Shown piece by piece: positions 30,063-38,129 of a DNA stretch of 64,000 nt (its first letter is position 1; the number at the start of each line of letters is the position of its first letter). Under the pieces are notes generated by a model. It did no database searches and was not told the DNA's origin. It worked only from the letters and a program-made list of their open reading frames with translations. Made by a program: the position numbers and the translations under genes. Source of the DNA: a virus; the IMG/VR virus record IMGVR_UViG_3300030497_000008, positions 64,001 to 128,000 of that record, one strand, 5' to 3'.

Positions 30063-30840
30063 TATGGGTGTCAAAATATGTACTAAATGTCATATAGAGA
30101 AAGAGCTTACCGATACTAATTTTCGAATAAGAAAAGGTAAATATATTTCTCAATGTCGTGAATGTGAGAGAGCATATACTCGAAGAAACCAAAAAGAACG
30201 TTATGCTGCTGATAAAGACAAGATTTTATCTAAGAATAAAAAGTGGCGTGATAAGAATAAAGACTACATAAAAGAGTACAACCACGCCTATCATAAAGAG
30301 TACACCGAGAAGAATAAAGAACTGCTGTTAGAAAAGCAACGTGAGTATAGACGAGACAACGAATCAAACGTTAAAGCAAATCAACAACGCTACTATCAGG
30401 AAAACAAAGAGAATTATAAAGAGAATGGAAGACGTTGGCGTGAGGAGAATAGAGAAAAATATAACGAGATACAGCGGACATGGAGACAAAATAACCAAGA
30501 GAAAGTTCGTATTTACAGGCAGCGACGACGAACATTAGAGGAGTCTACTATTGCAGACCTTACAGAAGAAGATTGGGAGTTTACTAAAGACTATTTTAAT
30601 AATACTTGCGCGTATTGCGGCGATGTTGATTCAAAACTATGTCAAGACCATTTTATACCCCTTACTAGCGGAGGCGGATACACTATTAGTAATATAATAC
30701 CTGCTTGTACGTCTTGTAATAGCAGTAAACATAACAACTCTTTCTTTGATTGGTATCCAAATCATAAGAGTTATAATCAAGAAAGAGAGGAGAAAATACT
30801 ATGTTTTTTAGAAGATGTGAAAATGCTCGGAGCAAAATAA
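30036..30840 (+). mobile_element. HNH insertion bounded by a recoded duplication of the helicase terminus
   Basis: 30036-30062 encodes DVRYLGAK* and 30814-30840 encodes DVKMLGAK*. Confidence 0.7.
30064..30840 (+). CDS. Free-standing HNH homing endonuclease
   Basis: N-terminal CTKC..CREC zinc finger, charged helical repeats, CAYCG..DHFIP...GG..ISNIIPACTSCNSSK HNH domain. Confidence 0.92.
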   Translation: MGVKICTKCHIEKELTDTNFRIRKGKYISQCRECERAYTRRNQKERYAADKDKILSKNKKWRDKNKDYIKEYNHAYHKEYTEKNKELLLEKQREYRRDNESNVKANQQRYYQENKENYKENGRRWREENREKYNEIQRTWRQNNQEKVRIYRQRRRTLEESTIADLTEEDWEFTKDYFNNTCAYCGDVDSKLCQDHFIPLTSGGGYTISNIIPACTSCNSSKHNNSFFDWYPNHKSYNQEREEKILCFLEDVKMLGAK

Positions 30841-30864
30841 TTGTCCTACCATGAAGATAATCTA

Positions 30865-30893
30865 TTGATTGTCTTCTTTTTTTATGCTAATAT
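30865..30893 (+). promoter_or_regulatory. Sigma-A-like promoter
   Basis: TTGATT-N17-TAATAT with TG extension. Confidence 0.5.
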
Positions 30894-30926
30894 ACTTTTT
30901 GTAAAATAATTTAAGGAGTTGTACAT

Positions 30927-31763
30927 ATGGCAAGAGAACGAATTGACCTGCTTGCAGGTGAGAATACATATAAAGAGTTATCCACATTTACAGACTTGGA
31001 GGAAATGAACAAGACAGTTCGTACATACCGTGACAAGATTAAAGAACTTAAAGTTCGTGAAGATGTGAAGGACAAGCTCTCCAAGTTGATTATGATACTT
31101 AAGAAACATAGCTGCAAACACTTAGGAGTAAGCTTCCTGACGAAACGCTCCATATCAGTAATCATGGGAGTAAGTTATAAGACGGTGCAGCGACTGGTTA
31201 AAAGATTGGTAGACTTACATATGATTCAAGAACATGCAATGAAGCGACCGACAGACATGAGACAGACATCAAATGCAATTACAATTGAGCCATACATAAA
31301 CGAAGAGGAGTCCTACAAGACACCTCAAAAAAATGTACATAACTGTCCGAGCAAGAAAACAACAGCTATAAACCTTAAAACAAAACATAAAACATATAAA
31401 AGATTAAAAGAACGTAATGATTTACATAATAAGAGTAATACTAGAGATAATATAAAAGACGCAGAATTTGTGGCACACTGGGTATCGCCACGTTTCGCTA
31501 ACTTAGCATCTTCTTATTTTGATAAAGCTAAAGACATAGAAGAGTTCTGGAAAGTAGTTAAACAGAATAATAGACCTGTTAACGGTGAGAAACTATTCAC
31601 AAAGTCACAGGAGGAAAAAATTGGCATAGCAGCACTACAAAGTCTTGTTATGAAATACAAAAAAGGCGTTAGAATCAAGAAATCTTTATTCTCATATTTC
31701 CACGGAATTGTGGACAAATTGATGACTAAGTTCTACTTCGATGAAGAATTTATGGCTTGCTAA
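30927..31763 (+). CDS. Helix-turn-helix protein, replication-initiator-like
   Basis: GVSFLTKRSISVIMGVSYKTVQRLVKRLVDLHMI winged HTH, K/T/N-rich linker, C-terminal helical domain; resembles Bacillus phage/plasmid Rep-like HTH proteins. Confidence 0.7.
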   Translation: MARERIDLLAGENTYKELSTFTDLEEMNKTVRTYRDKIKELKVREDVKDKLSKLIMILKKHSCKHLGVSFLTKRSISVIMGVSYKTVQRLVKRLVDLHMIQEHAMKRPTDMRQTSNAITIEPYINEEESYKTPQKNVHNCPSKKTTAINLKTKHKTYKRLKERNDLHNKSNTRDNIKDAEFVAHWVSPRFANLASSYFDKAKDIEEFWKVVKQNNRPVNGEKLFTKSQEEKIGIAALQSLVMKYKKGVRIKKSLFSYFHGIVDKLMTKFYFDEEFMAC

Positions 31764-31792
31764 TGTGGATAACTTTCTGATTTTGGTATAAT
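31764..31792 (+). promoter_or_regulatory. Perfect DnaA box at the -35 position of an extended -10 promoter
   Basis: TGTGGATAA (31764-31772); TGGTATAAT (31784-31792). Confidence 0.5.
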
Positions 31793-31841
31793 AGAGTTAT
31801 AGACCTCTAAGGTGTATCAAAACTTACGGAAGGATGATTAC

Positions 31842-33626
31842 ATGAGCACAGCAACAATAGCTCCAAACGGAGTACTTATCGATGCACAAGTATTGACAGT
31901 AAACAATAAACTTGTAGACGTTCTACAAACGCTTTTACAAAGAGCTAAAAACTCTATTAACAACGTGGCTATATTTAAAAAGACGGAGTTAGCAAAGGAA
32001 CTTGGGAAAGACCCGAAGACTGTATACAGACATATCAAAGAGCTGGAACAAAATGGTATTTTCGAAGTTCACGGAGAGAAAGGTAGAGGGAAAGGTTCTG
32101 TTGTCAAGTTCAATGACCAACTAGTTAAATTTACTACATCGGACGAAGCAGTAGTGAATAGTGGTGTGAACATTAAAGAACTTGCTCAACAAAAGTTCCC
32201 TAAAAAGCCTAAGAAAGAAAACCAGAATAAACGCCCACGTAGAACGAAACACGAGATGTTAGATGCGCTGCTCAAAAGAAATAAGGAACAGGATTCTATT
32301 ACTGCTCTGAATGAGGAGTTAGAGCAGATTCACTATCCTACATGGAGTATTTTCCAACGAACAGATAACCCAGAATTAAACTACAAAGCGTACATTGCGG
32401 CGTCATTATACAGTCGTTATGCATATTTATTTACAAAAAGACAAAATGAAGTGTATGCAGAGAAAGAGAAAGCAGGATTAGCATATAGCATTCGTAAATT
32501 GACAGCGGTATCTCCTGACTATCATGTACTTGAAGAACAGTTCTTTGGTACAACTGTATTCAAACACTTTGTTAAGTATGTGCAATTCTGTGAGGAAAAC
32601 AGCATTGACTTGCCCGAACATATGGCATCTCAATTCAAGCTGTCCACATTTATTGCAGAACAAAAGAATGCAAAGAAATCCACAACTGCAAAGCCCTATG
32701 TAAACACGTTATACAGTGAAAAATCACTAGAAGCATATAACCGTGACAAGCGATATGGTAAGCGTGGAGTATTACATAACATCCGTACAATTGAGAACAT
32801 CCAACCATTCTCTGGAGATATCGTTGTTACACAACTTACAGACGAGTTATCAGAGAACGGAATTAAATTATCCACAGCTCCACTAGAGAAACGTTACGGC
32901 GCTTTCTTCTTCCCTGATGGAACAAATGCGGATGAACTTATTATGCTTGAATATTACAACAGCGTAGTAAAACAGATGCAGGAACAAAATATTTCCCAAG
33001 AGTCTCAGGATGCGATTAAAGACTTCATCGTTCGACATACTTACATGCATTTTGAAGGTGCTCTTCGAGGTGTTAAAAAAGAATTACTAGTATCTGAGCT
33101 ATTACGTATGACATTGGCATCTATCCCTAGAACACGTAAACAAGACGAGCTATCTTACAAACGTGAAGCTTGTTACGCGCTAGGCAAATTCTATAAACCT
33201 CATGAGAAGGACAACGAGAAAGTTATTTATGCTGCACTAAAAGATTATGTATCATTAACTGATAGTATGCATACTAGCTTCCTGTTTGAGTTAATTGAGC
33301 AGAAGAATGGAGTTCACATCTCTTACGAAACATACCAAAACGCTTTCAAAGAAGTAGGAAAAGACGTAGTACCTGTAACGAAATACTGTGTGCTTGACAT
33401 TGAACAGATTGTAGAGAAGTTAAGAGACGTAGTAGAAGTCGAATTACTTGACACATCTGTAGATGTTGCAGACGTATCGAAAGACAAGTATGCTCCTAAA
33501 AAAGCAAAGCGTAATGTAGATGAAGACTTAGTAGCGATGCAACAGAGTCATGTAGCTGCTAACTACGAAAAACGTAACTCTATTAATAATCTAATCAATA
33601 ACTTCAACTTGACAGGTGAGCTGTAA
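31842..33626 (+). CDS. Conserved Herelleviridae HTH protein (Rep / helicase-loader / regulator)
   Basis: KKTELAKELGKDPKTVYRHIKELEQNG..GRGKG winged HTH; precedes DnaB; ATG 31842 preferred. Confidence 0.8.
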   Translation: MSTATIAPNGVLIDAQVLTVNNKLVDVLQTLLQRAKNSINNVAIFKKTELAKELGKDPKTVYRHIKELEQNGIFEVHGEKGRGKGSVVKFNDQLVKFTTSDEAVVNSGVNIKELAQQKFPKKPKKENQNKRPRRTKHEMLDALLKRNKEQDSITALNEELEQIHYPTWSIFQRTDNPELNYKAYIAASLYSRYAYLFTKRQNEVYAEKEKAGLAYSIRKLTAVSPDYHVLEEQFFGTTVFKHFVKYVQFCEENSIDLPEHMASQFKLSTFIAEQKNAKKSTTAKPYVNTLYSEKSLEAYNRDKRYGKRGVLHNIRTIENIQPFSGDIVVTQLTDELSENGIKLSTAPLEKRYGAFFFPDGTNADELIMLEYYNSVVKQMQEQNISQESQDAIKDFIVRHTYMHFEGALRGVKKELLVSELLRMTLASIPRTRKQDELSYKREACYALGKFYKPHEKDNEKVIYAALKDYVSLTDSMHTSFLFELIEQKNGVHISYETYQNAFKEVGKDVVPVTKYCVLDIEQIVEKLRDVVEVELLDTSVDVADVSKDKYAPKKAKRNVDEDLVAMQQSHVAANYEKRNSINNLINNFNLTGEL

Positions 33627-33660
33627 TCTAGTATAATTTAACAGAGGAGGAATTTAATAT

Positions 33661-35151
33661 ATGGTAAAACCTATGGTTAAAGAGATTTTAAGAAAGGCGA
33701 TTATGCACCCCGCATTTGCTAAGGAGATTTTGCCTATCATACCTAAGTCTGCGCTTGACAACGACAACATGAGTATTGAGCTGGCACAGGTATTACGGCT
33801 ATTCTATCAAACTAACTCCGCTTCCATTACAGAGGCGGCGCTTACTACTTTAGTAGAAGCTAAGTTAGATAGACAGAAGGCAGATGCAGAGAAACAACAA
33901 GAGTACTTCGATACCATCAGCGAGCTATATGATATTCGAGATAGCAGCGATGACGAGGTAATCGATGAAGCCTTATCCAAACATATTAAGCGCTATATGC
34001 GTATTGAATTACTTAAGAAAGCAGCTATGAAGCTGGACGACGAAGTTTTCCAAGATAAACTAGCGGATGAACTTCGATACATATTATCTTTAGACATTAC
34101 AGGCGGTAACGATAAGATTATCAACGTTATCGACGATAAAGAATACAAGCGACGATTACTGGAAACAGTACAGTCGAATACGATTCCTACTGGATTCAAA
34201 GAGCTAGATAGATTGAATGGTGGCGGTTTAGCTAAAGGTGAACTAGGGCTTGTATCAGCATTATCAGGTTCTGGTAAAACTTTATTCTTGACAAACTTAG
34301 CTACTTCATATGTTAAACAAGGTTATAATGTGTTATTCATTGCTTTAGAGGAGCTAGAAAATCGAATGGTACTTCGATTCGAACAAGCTATGTTAAGCCA
34401 ATCTAGAGCAGACATTATTACGAACGGAGTATTGAACGAAGACGCATTTGAACGAAGACAGCGTTTCTATGAGAAGTATAGAGACAACTTCGGTAACTTG
34501 TTCTTTGCTCGCTACTCTCCACGAACAGTTACACCATTTACGATTGAACAACTTATCTCAGATGTTCTATTACGTAAAGGTGTACAGCTAGATATCGTAA
34601 TCATTGACTACCCTGAGTTACTACGAAACCCTAATGCTACAGGTAATGAAGCAGAAGATGGTGGACGATTATTCGAAGAGGTTCGACGTATTGCACAAGA
34701 CTACAATGTTTTAATGTGGACAGCCTCTCAGTTAAACCGTTCAGCGTACAACGCAGTTACGCGTACATCAGAACATATGGAAGGTTCTATTCGTAAGAAG
34801 AACGCGACGGAATTAGTTCTAGTAGTCAACCAAACTCCAGAAGAGTATGAAGCAGGATTCGTGCGGCTATATGCAGATAAGGTTCGTAACCCGCCTGACG
34901 GAGTTTATGATAAGATGCTAGGATTCGTAGTAGACGGTAAGCGGCAATTGATTCGTGATTATGAACCTGACCCGTACGACCCAAATAAAATATCTCCTGA
35001 GAAGTTGGAACATCAACGGATTCTAAAAGAAGTAGAAGACCAGAGGAACTCTCTAGGTATCAATAAGGGTGGCGGAGATAAAGGTAATAAACCTCCTATG
35101 CCAAATTTAAGTGACGAAATAAATAAAGCACTTGCAGGTGGCGCGAAATAG
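33661..35151 (+). CDS. DnaB-like replicative helicase
   Basis: IPTGFKELD..GGLAKGEL..SGSGKT, ALEE, IIDY, ASQLNR. Confidence 0.92.
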   Translation: MVKPMVKEILRKAIMHPAFAKEILPIIPKSALDNDNMSIELAQVLRLFYQTNSASITEAALTTLVEAKLDRQKADAEKQQEYFDTISELYDIRDSSDDEVIDEALSKHIKRYMRIELLKKAAMKLDDEVFQDKLADELRYILSLDITGGNDKIINVIDDKEYKRRLLETVQSNTIPTGFKELDRLNGGGLAKGELGLVSALSGSGKTLFLTNLATSYVKQGYNVLFIALEELENRMVLRFEQAMLSQSRADIITNGVLNEDAFERRQRFYEKYRDNFGNLFFARYSPRTVTPFTIEQLISDVLLRKGVQLDIVIIDYPELLRNPNATGNEAEDGGRLFEEVRRIAQDYNVLMWTASQLNRSAYNAVTRTSEHMEGSIRKKNATELVLVVNQTPEEYEAGFVRLYADKVRNPPDGVYDKMLGFVVDGKRQLIRDYEPDPYDPNKISPEKLEHQRILKEVEDQRNSLGINKGGGDKGNKPPMPNLSDEINKALAGGAK

Positions 35152-35169
35152 TGTTATACTTAAAGTAAA
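35132..35169 (+). promoter_or_regulatory. Sigma-A promoter with palindromic operator over -10/+1
   Basis: TTGCAG-N17-TATACT (TG extended); TATACTTAAAGTAAA at 35155-35169. Confidence 0.65.
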
Positions 35170-35189
35170 TTAAGAGGAGGAGGGATAAC

Positions 35190-35504
35190 ATGATTCGATT
35201 AAGTGAGACGGATACTGTCGATAACATGGGTATAATTAGAGAAGCGGGAACAATTTACGACTTCCGAAACCATTTGAATCTATGCTTTGAGGTAGATTTA
35301 TCAGAAGTTCCAGAGGACGAGCAGTTCGAAGAGTCAGGTATTTTAAGTGTAGCTGTCAATGTACAAGGAGCTAGAGAACTAATCGAAGAGTTGCAAGCCT
35401 TTGTAAATCAGATGGAGGAGGAAGAACGTGAAAAAGATATTATTAAGCGCGCTAACTACTGGGCTGCTATTGGCAGGGTGTACGACAAAAAAGGAAGAGC
35501 CTAA
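35190..35504 (+). CDS. Small acidic hypothetical protein
   Basis: Strong GGAGGAGG SD. Confidence 0.75.
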   Translation: MIRLSETDTVDNMGIIREAGTIYDFRNHLNLCFEVDLSEVPEDEQFEESGILSVAVNVQGARELIEELQAFVNQMEEEEREKDIIKRANYWAAIGRVYDKKGRA

Positions 35505-35685
35505 GAAACCTAAAGAGCCTTATCAGCTTGTTATAAAGGTGACTGATGGTTTAGGAGTTAGTACATATACACAACACGAAGTTGAATACTACGCTATAAG
35601 TAATGGAAAAATCTTAATCCAGTTGAATAATGGTGAAAAAATTCAAACCACTATGTACACACTAAAAGAAAAGGGAGAGAAATAA
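35428..35685 (+). CDS. Putative lipoprotein
   Basis: MKKILLSALTTGLLLAG-C lipobox; GGAGGAGG SD before GTG. Confidence 0.75.
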   Translation: MKKILLSALTTGLLLAGCTTKKEEPKKPKEPYQLVIKVTDGLGVSTYTQHEVEYYAISNGKILIQLNNGEKIQTTMYTLKEKGEK

Positions 35686-35687
35686 CA

Positions 35688-35900
35688 ATGACAGTTTTAT
35701 CTATTAAAGAGGAATTAATTACATTATTGGAAGAGGTTCTTGACGCTGAGGAGCGTATTGAAACGATTGACGATGCAAACGAAGCATACATCGTTGGTCA
35801 ACAATACGCATACGCTAAACTATTATTCTTTATGGTAGATGGCGTTACTAGAGAAGAGTTTGATGGTGATGATGTACAAGAATTACTAGAAAGAGCTTAA
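35688..35900 (+). CDS. Small acidic protein (paralog of next gene)
   Basis: YIVGQQYAY..FDGDDVQELLE. Confidence 0.75.
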   Translation: MTVLSIKEELITLLEEVLDAEERIETIDDANEAYIVGQQYAYAKLLFFMVDGVTREEFDGDDVQELLERA

Positions 35901-35919
35901 AAGAAAGGGGGAGATACAA

Positions 35920-36147
35920 ATGATTAGAGACATTAAAAAGATTGAAGAAGAATTCAAGTACACGGTAAGCGTTTTACGGGAAGAGCTCGTACCAGATGGT
36001 TATGACCCGAAAGATGTAGAGCAAATTCAATATGTATCTGGACAAGTATATGCATTCTTCCAAGTTTTACACCTATTCTATCATGGTGAAATGTTATATA
36101 GTTTTGATGACGACGATATTAACCGATTACTGGAGGAAATTGAATGA
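35920..36147 (+). CDS. Small acidic protein (paralog of previous gene)
   Basis: YVSGQVYAF..FDDDDINRLLE. Confidence 0.75.
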   Translation: MIRDIKKIEEEFKYTVSVLREELVPDGYDPKDVEQIQYVSGQVYAFFQVLHLFYHGEMLYSFDDDDINRLLEEIE

Positions 36148-37241
36148 GAAAAAACTTCATCGTATTCGGGGATTTTCACTGGCATAACTTCACAAATTTC
36201 GCCCGACCGATGATTTTTGATTACAAAGGAAAGCAGATTGAAGTTACTGATAGATTACTAGCACAATGGAACACTATGGAGAAGGTATTCGAGTTAGCGG
36301 ACAAGCATAATGCGAATATCATCTTCACTGGTGATTACTTCCATGCACGTAAACGAGTAGAATCAGTAGTGTTCAATATGGGTTTCAATGTAATTAAAGA
36401 TAACATGGAGAAACGTGAAGACTTGCATATGTACATGATTGTAGGTAATCATGACCAACAGGATTCTAGTGACTTCCCAGAACATAGTTTAGAAACATTT
36501 AAAGCGATTCCGCGAGTACATATTATGGATGACTTCGAACCAGTACATACAGAGAATGCAGTACTCTACCCGATTTCATATTCTGATAACGTAGACTTCA
36601 TCAAGAGCAAGATTGATGAGTTTGCTGCACATGCAGAGACTATTGATAAGGATAAAACACCTATTCTAGTAGCTCACCTCGGAGTAGACGGTAGTGAAAC
36701 AGGTCGTCACTCTCACAGACTAGGTGGAGCGTTTAGCTTAGGAGATTTACATCCCCTAGTGTTTGGTTACATAGCTTTAGGACATTATCACAAGTGGCAG
36801 TTCTTAGAGGATACAGGTACTGCGTTCTATGCAGGTAACACAATCCAAGAGAGCTTCTCAGATGAGGGGCAGGATAAAGGCGTATTCCTTATCGATATGG
36901 AGAAGTTAGGACATCCTGAGTTTATTCCTATCGAAAATAAGAAGTTTATCACGCTTACAGAGATTGATGAGAATACACAAGAGATTGTGGATAATAACTA
37001 TGTACGAATGATTATTCCACAAGAACTAGCTACAGAGGTAGAGATATTCAAAGAGTCGTCAGATAATCTACGCGTGGAAGTTCAAAAAGAGTATAAAGCA
37101 GACTTACGTATCGATATCAAGGTAGGCTCTGATGAAGCTGATATCGTAAAAGCTTACACAGATATGTTTTTTACAGGTGTACAAGATAAAGCATTAGCTG
37201 TCCTAAAAATGGCGCAGCAACAAAAAGTTGAGGAGGACTAA
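36144..37241 (+). CDS. SbcD/Mre11-like recombination nuclease
   Basis: GDFHW, GDYFH, GNHD, AHL, ALGHYH metallophosphoesterase motifs. Confidence 0.92.
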   Translation: MRKNFIVFGDFHWHNFTNFARPMIFDYKGKQIEVTDRLLAQWNTMEKVFELADKHNANIIFTGDYFHARKRVESVVFNMGFNVIKDNMEKREDLHMYMIVGNHDQQDSSDFPEHSLETFKAIPRVHIMDDFEPVHTENAVLYPISYSDNVDFIKSKIDEFAAHAETIDKDKTPILVAHLGVDGSETGRHSHRLGGAFSLGDLHPLVFGYIALGHYHKWQFLEDTGTAFYAGNTIQESFSDEGQDKGVFLIDMEKLGHPEFIPIENKKFITLTEIDENTQEIVDNNYVRMIIPQELATEVEIFKESSDNLRVEVQKEYKADLRIDIKVGSDEADIVKAYTDMFFTGVQDKALAVLKMAQQQKVEED

Positions 37242-37242
37242 C

Positions 37243-37458
37243 GTGGAGTTTAAAATTGGAGATAAATTTGAAGAGTATATATGGGACAACAAGTCTGGTG
37301 ACGAAACACCTTATATTTACACCATTTTATTTAGAGCACCTACAGTAGACACTTGGGACGAGCAAGAGTTATTCGTTCGTGTAGACATGGGGGAAGAGTT
37401 CTGGTACACAGCAGTAACAGAAGCGTATTTAGAAGAGAACACGGAGGAGATTAAATAA
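37243..37458 (+). CDS. Small acidic hypothetical protein
   Basis: GTG start after GGAGGA; FKIGDKF pattern. Confidence 0.7.
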   Translation: MEFKIGDKFEEYIWDNKSGDETPYIYTILFRAPTVDTWDEQELFVRVDMGEEFWYTAVTEAYLEENTEEIK

Positions 37459-38042
37459 TGGATAAAAAACGATTAGACGTAATGGTAGATATTGAGACTT
37501 TAGGGGTAAAAGCAGATTCAACAATCTTTCAAATTAGTGCAGCAGCATTTGATATCGAAACAGGTAATGTAACGTCAGAATGTAATTTTGTTGCTGATAT
37601 CGAGGAAGCTGATAACTTAGTTTTAGATGGTAGCACACTTAAGTGGTGGCTTAACACGGATGCAGAGTTATTTAAACGTCTGTTAAACGGCGGGACACGC
37701 TCTCCAGAGATGTTAATCAAAGCATTCCATATGTGGCTAGAACGATTGACATTAAAATACGATGTTCGACTATGGGGTAACGGTATGTTATTCGACAACA
37801 ACATGCTTAAAACGCAAATCGAAGCGGCTGGGTTGAAGTACCCTATCGCGTATAACCGCGACCGTGATGTCCGTACTATCGTAGAGTTAGCTGCGAAAGT
37901 ATCGGGAATCTCCGAGAGACAAATTAAAACTATGCATAAAAAGCCTACTGCGATTAAGCATGATGCATACGATGATGTTCATACTCAAATCAGATACGTT
38001 ACTTGGTGCTATCAAATTCTAACAAGAACACCAGCACATTAA
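37458..38042 (+). CDS. DEDDh 3'-5' exonuclease (DUF5051/Rv2179c-like)
   Basis: MVDIETLG, TLKWW, WGNG..FD, RDVRT, HDAYDD. Confidence 0.88.
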   Translation: MDKKRLDVMVDIETLGVKADSTIFQISAAAFDIETGNVTSECNFVADIEEADNLVLDGSTLKWWLNTDAELFKRLLNGGTRSPEMLIKAFHMWLERLTLKYDVRLWGNGMLFDNNMLKTQIEAAGLKYPIAYNRDRDVRTIVELAAKVSGISERQIKTMHKKPTAIKHDAYDDVHTQIRYVTWCYQILTRTPAH

Positions 38043-38100
38043 GAGACTATTTTAAATAGTCTCTTTTTTTATTGACAAATATATGATACTATAGTATAAT
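38043..38100 (+). promoter_or_regulatory. Terminator followed by perfect sigma-A promoter
   Basis: GAGACTATT-tta-AATAGTCTC-T7; TTGACA(38072)-N17-TATAAT(38095). Confidence 0.9.
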
Positions 38101-38129
38101 TTAACCATAACGAGAAAAGGAGGAATTTA

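Noticed and set aside
30036-30840. Group I intron in the helicase gene
   Set aside because: The HNH ORF fills the whole insert, leaving no room for a ribozyme core, and the helicase already has a complete terminus.
36986-36994. Isolated perfect DnaA box in sbcD
   Set aside because: A single copy in coding sequence is compatible with chance.
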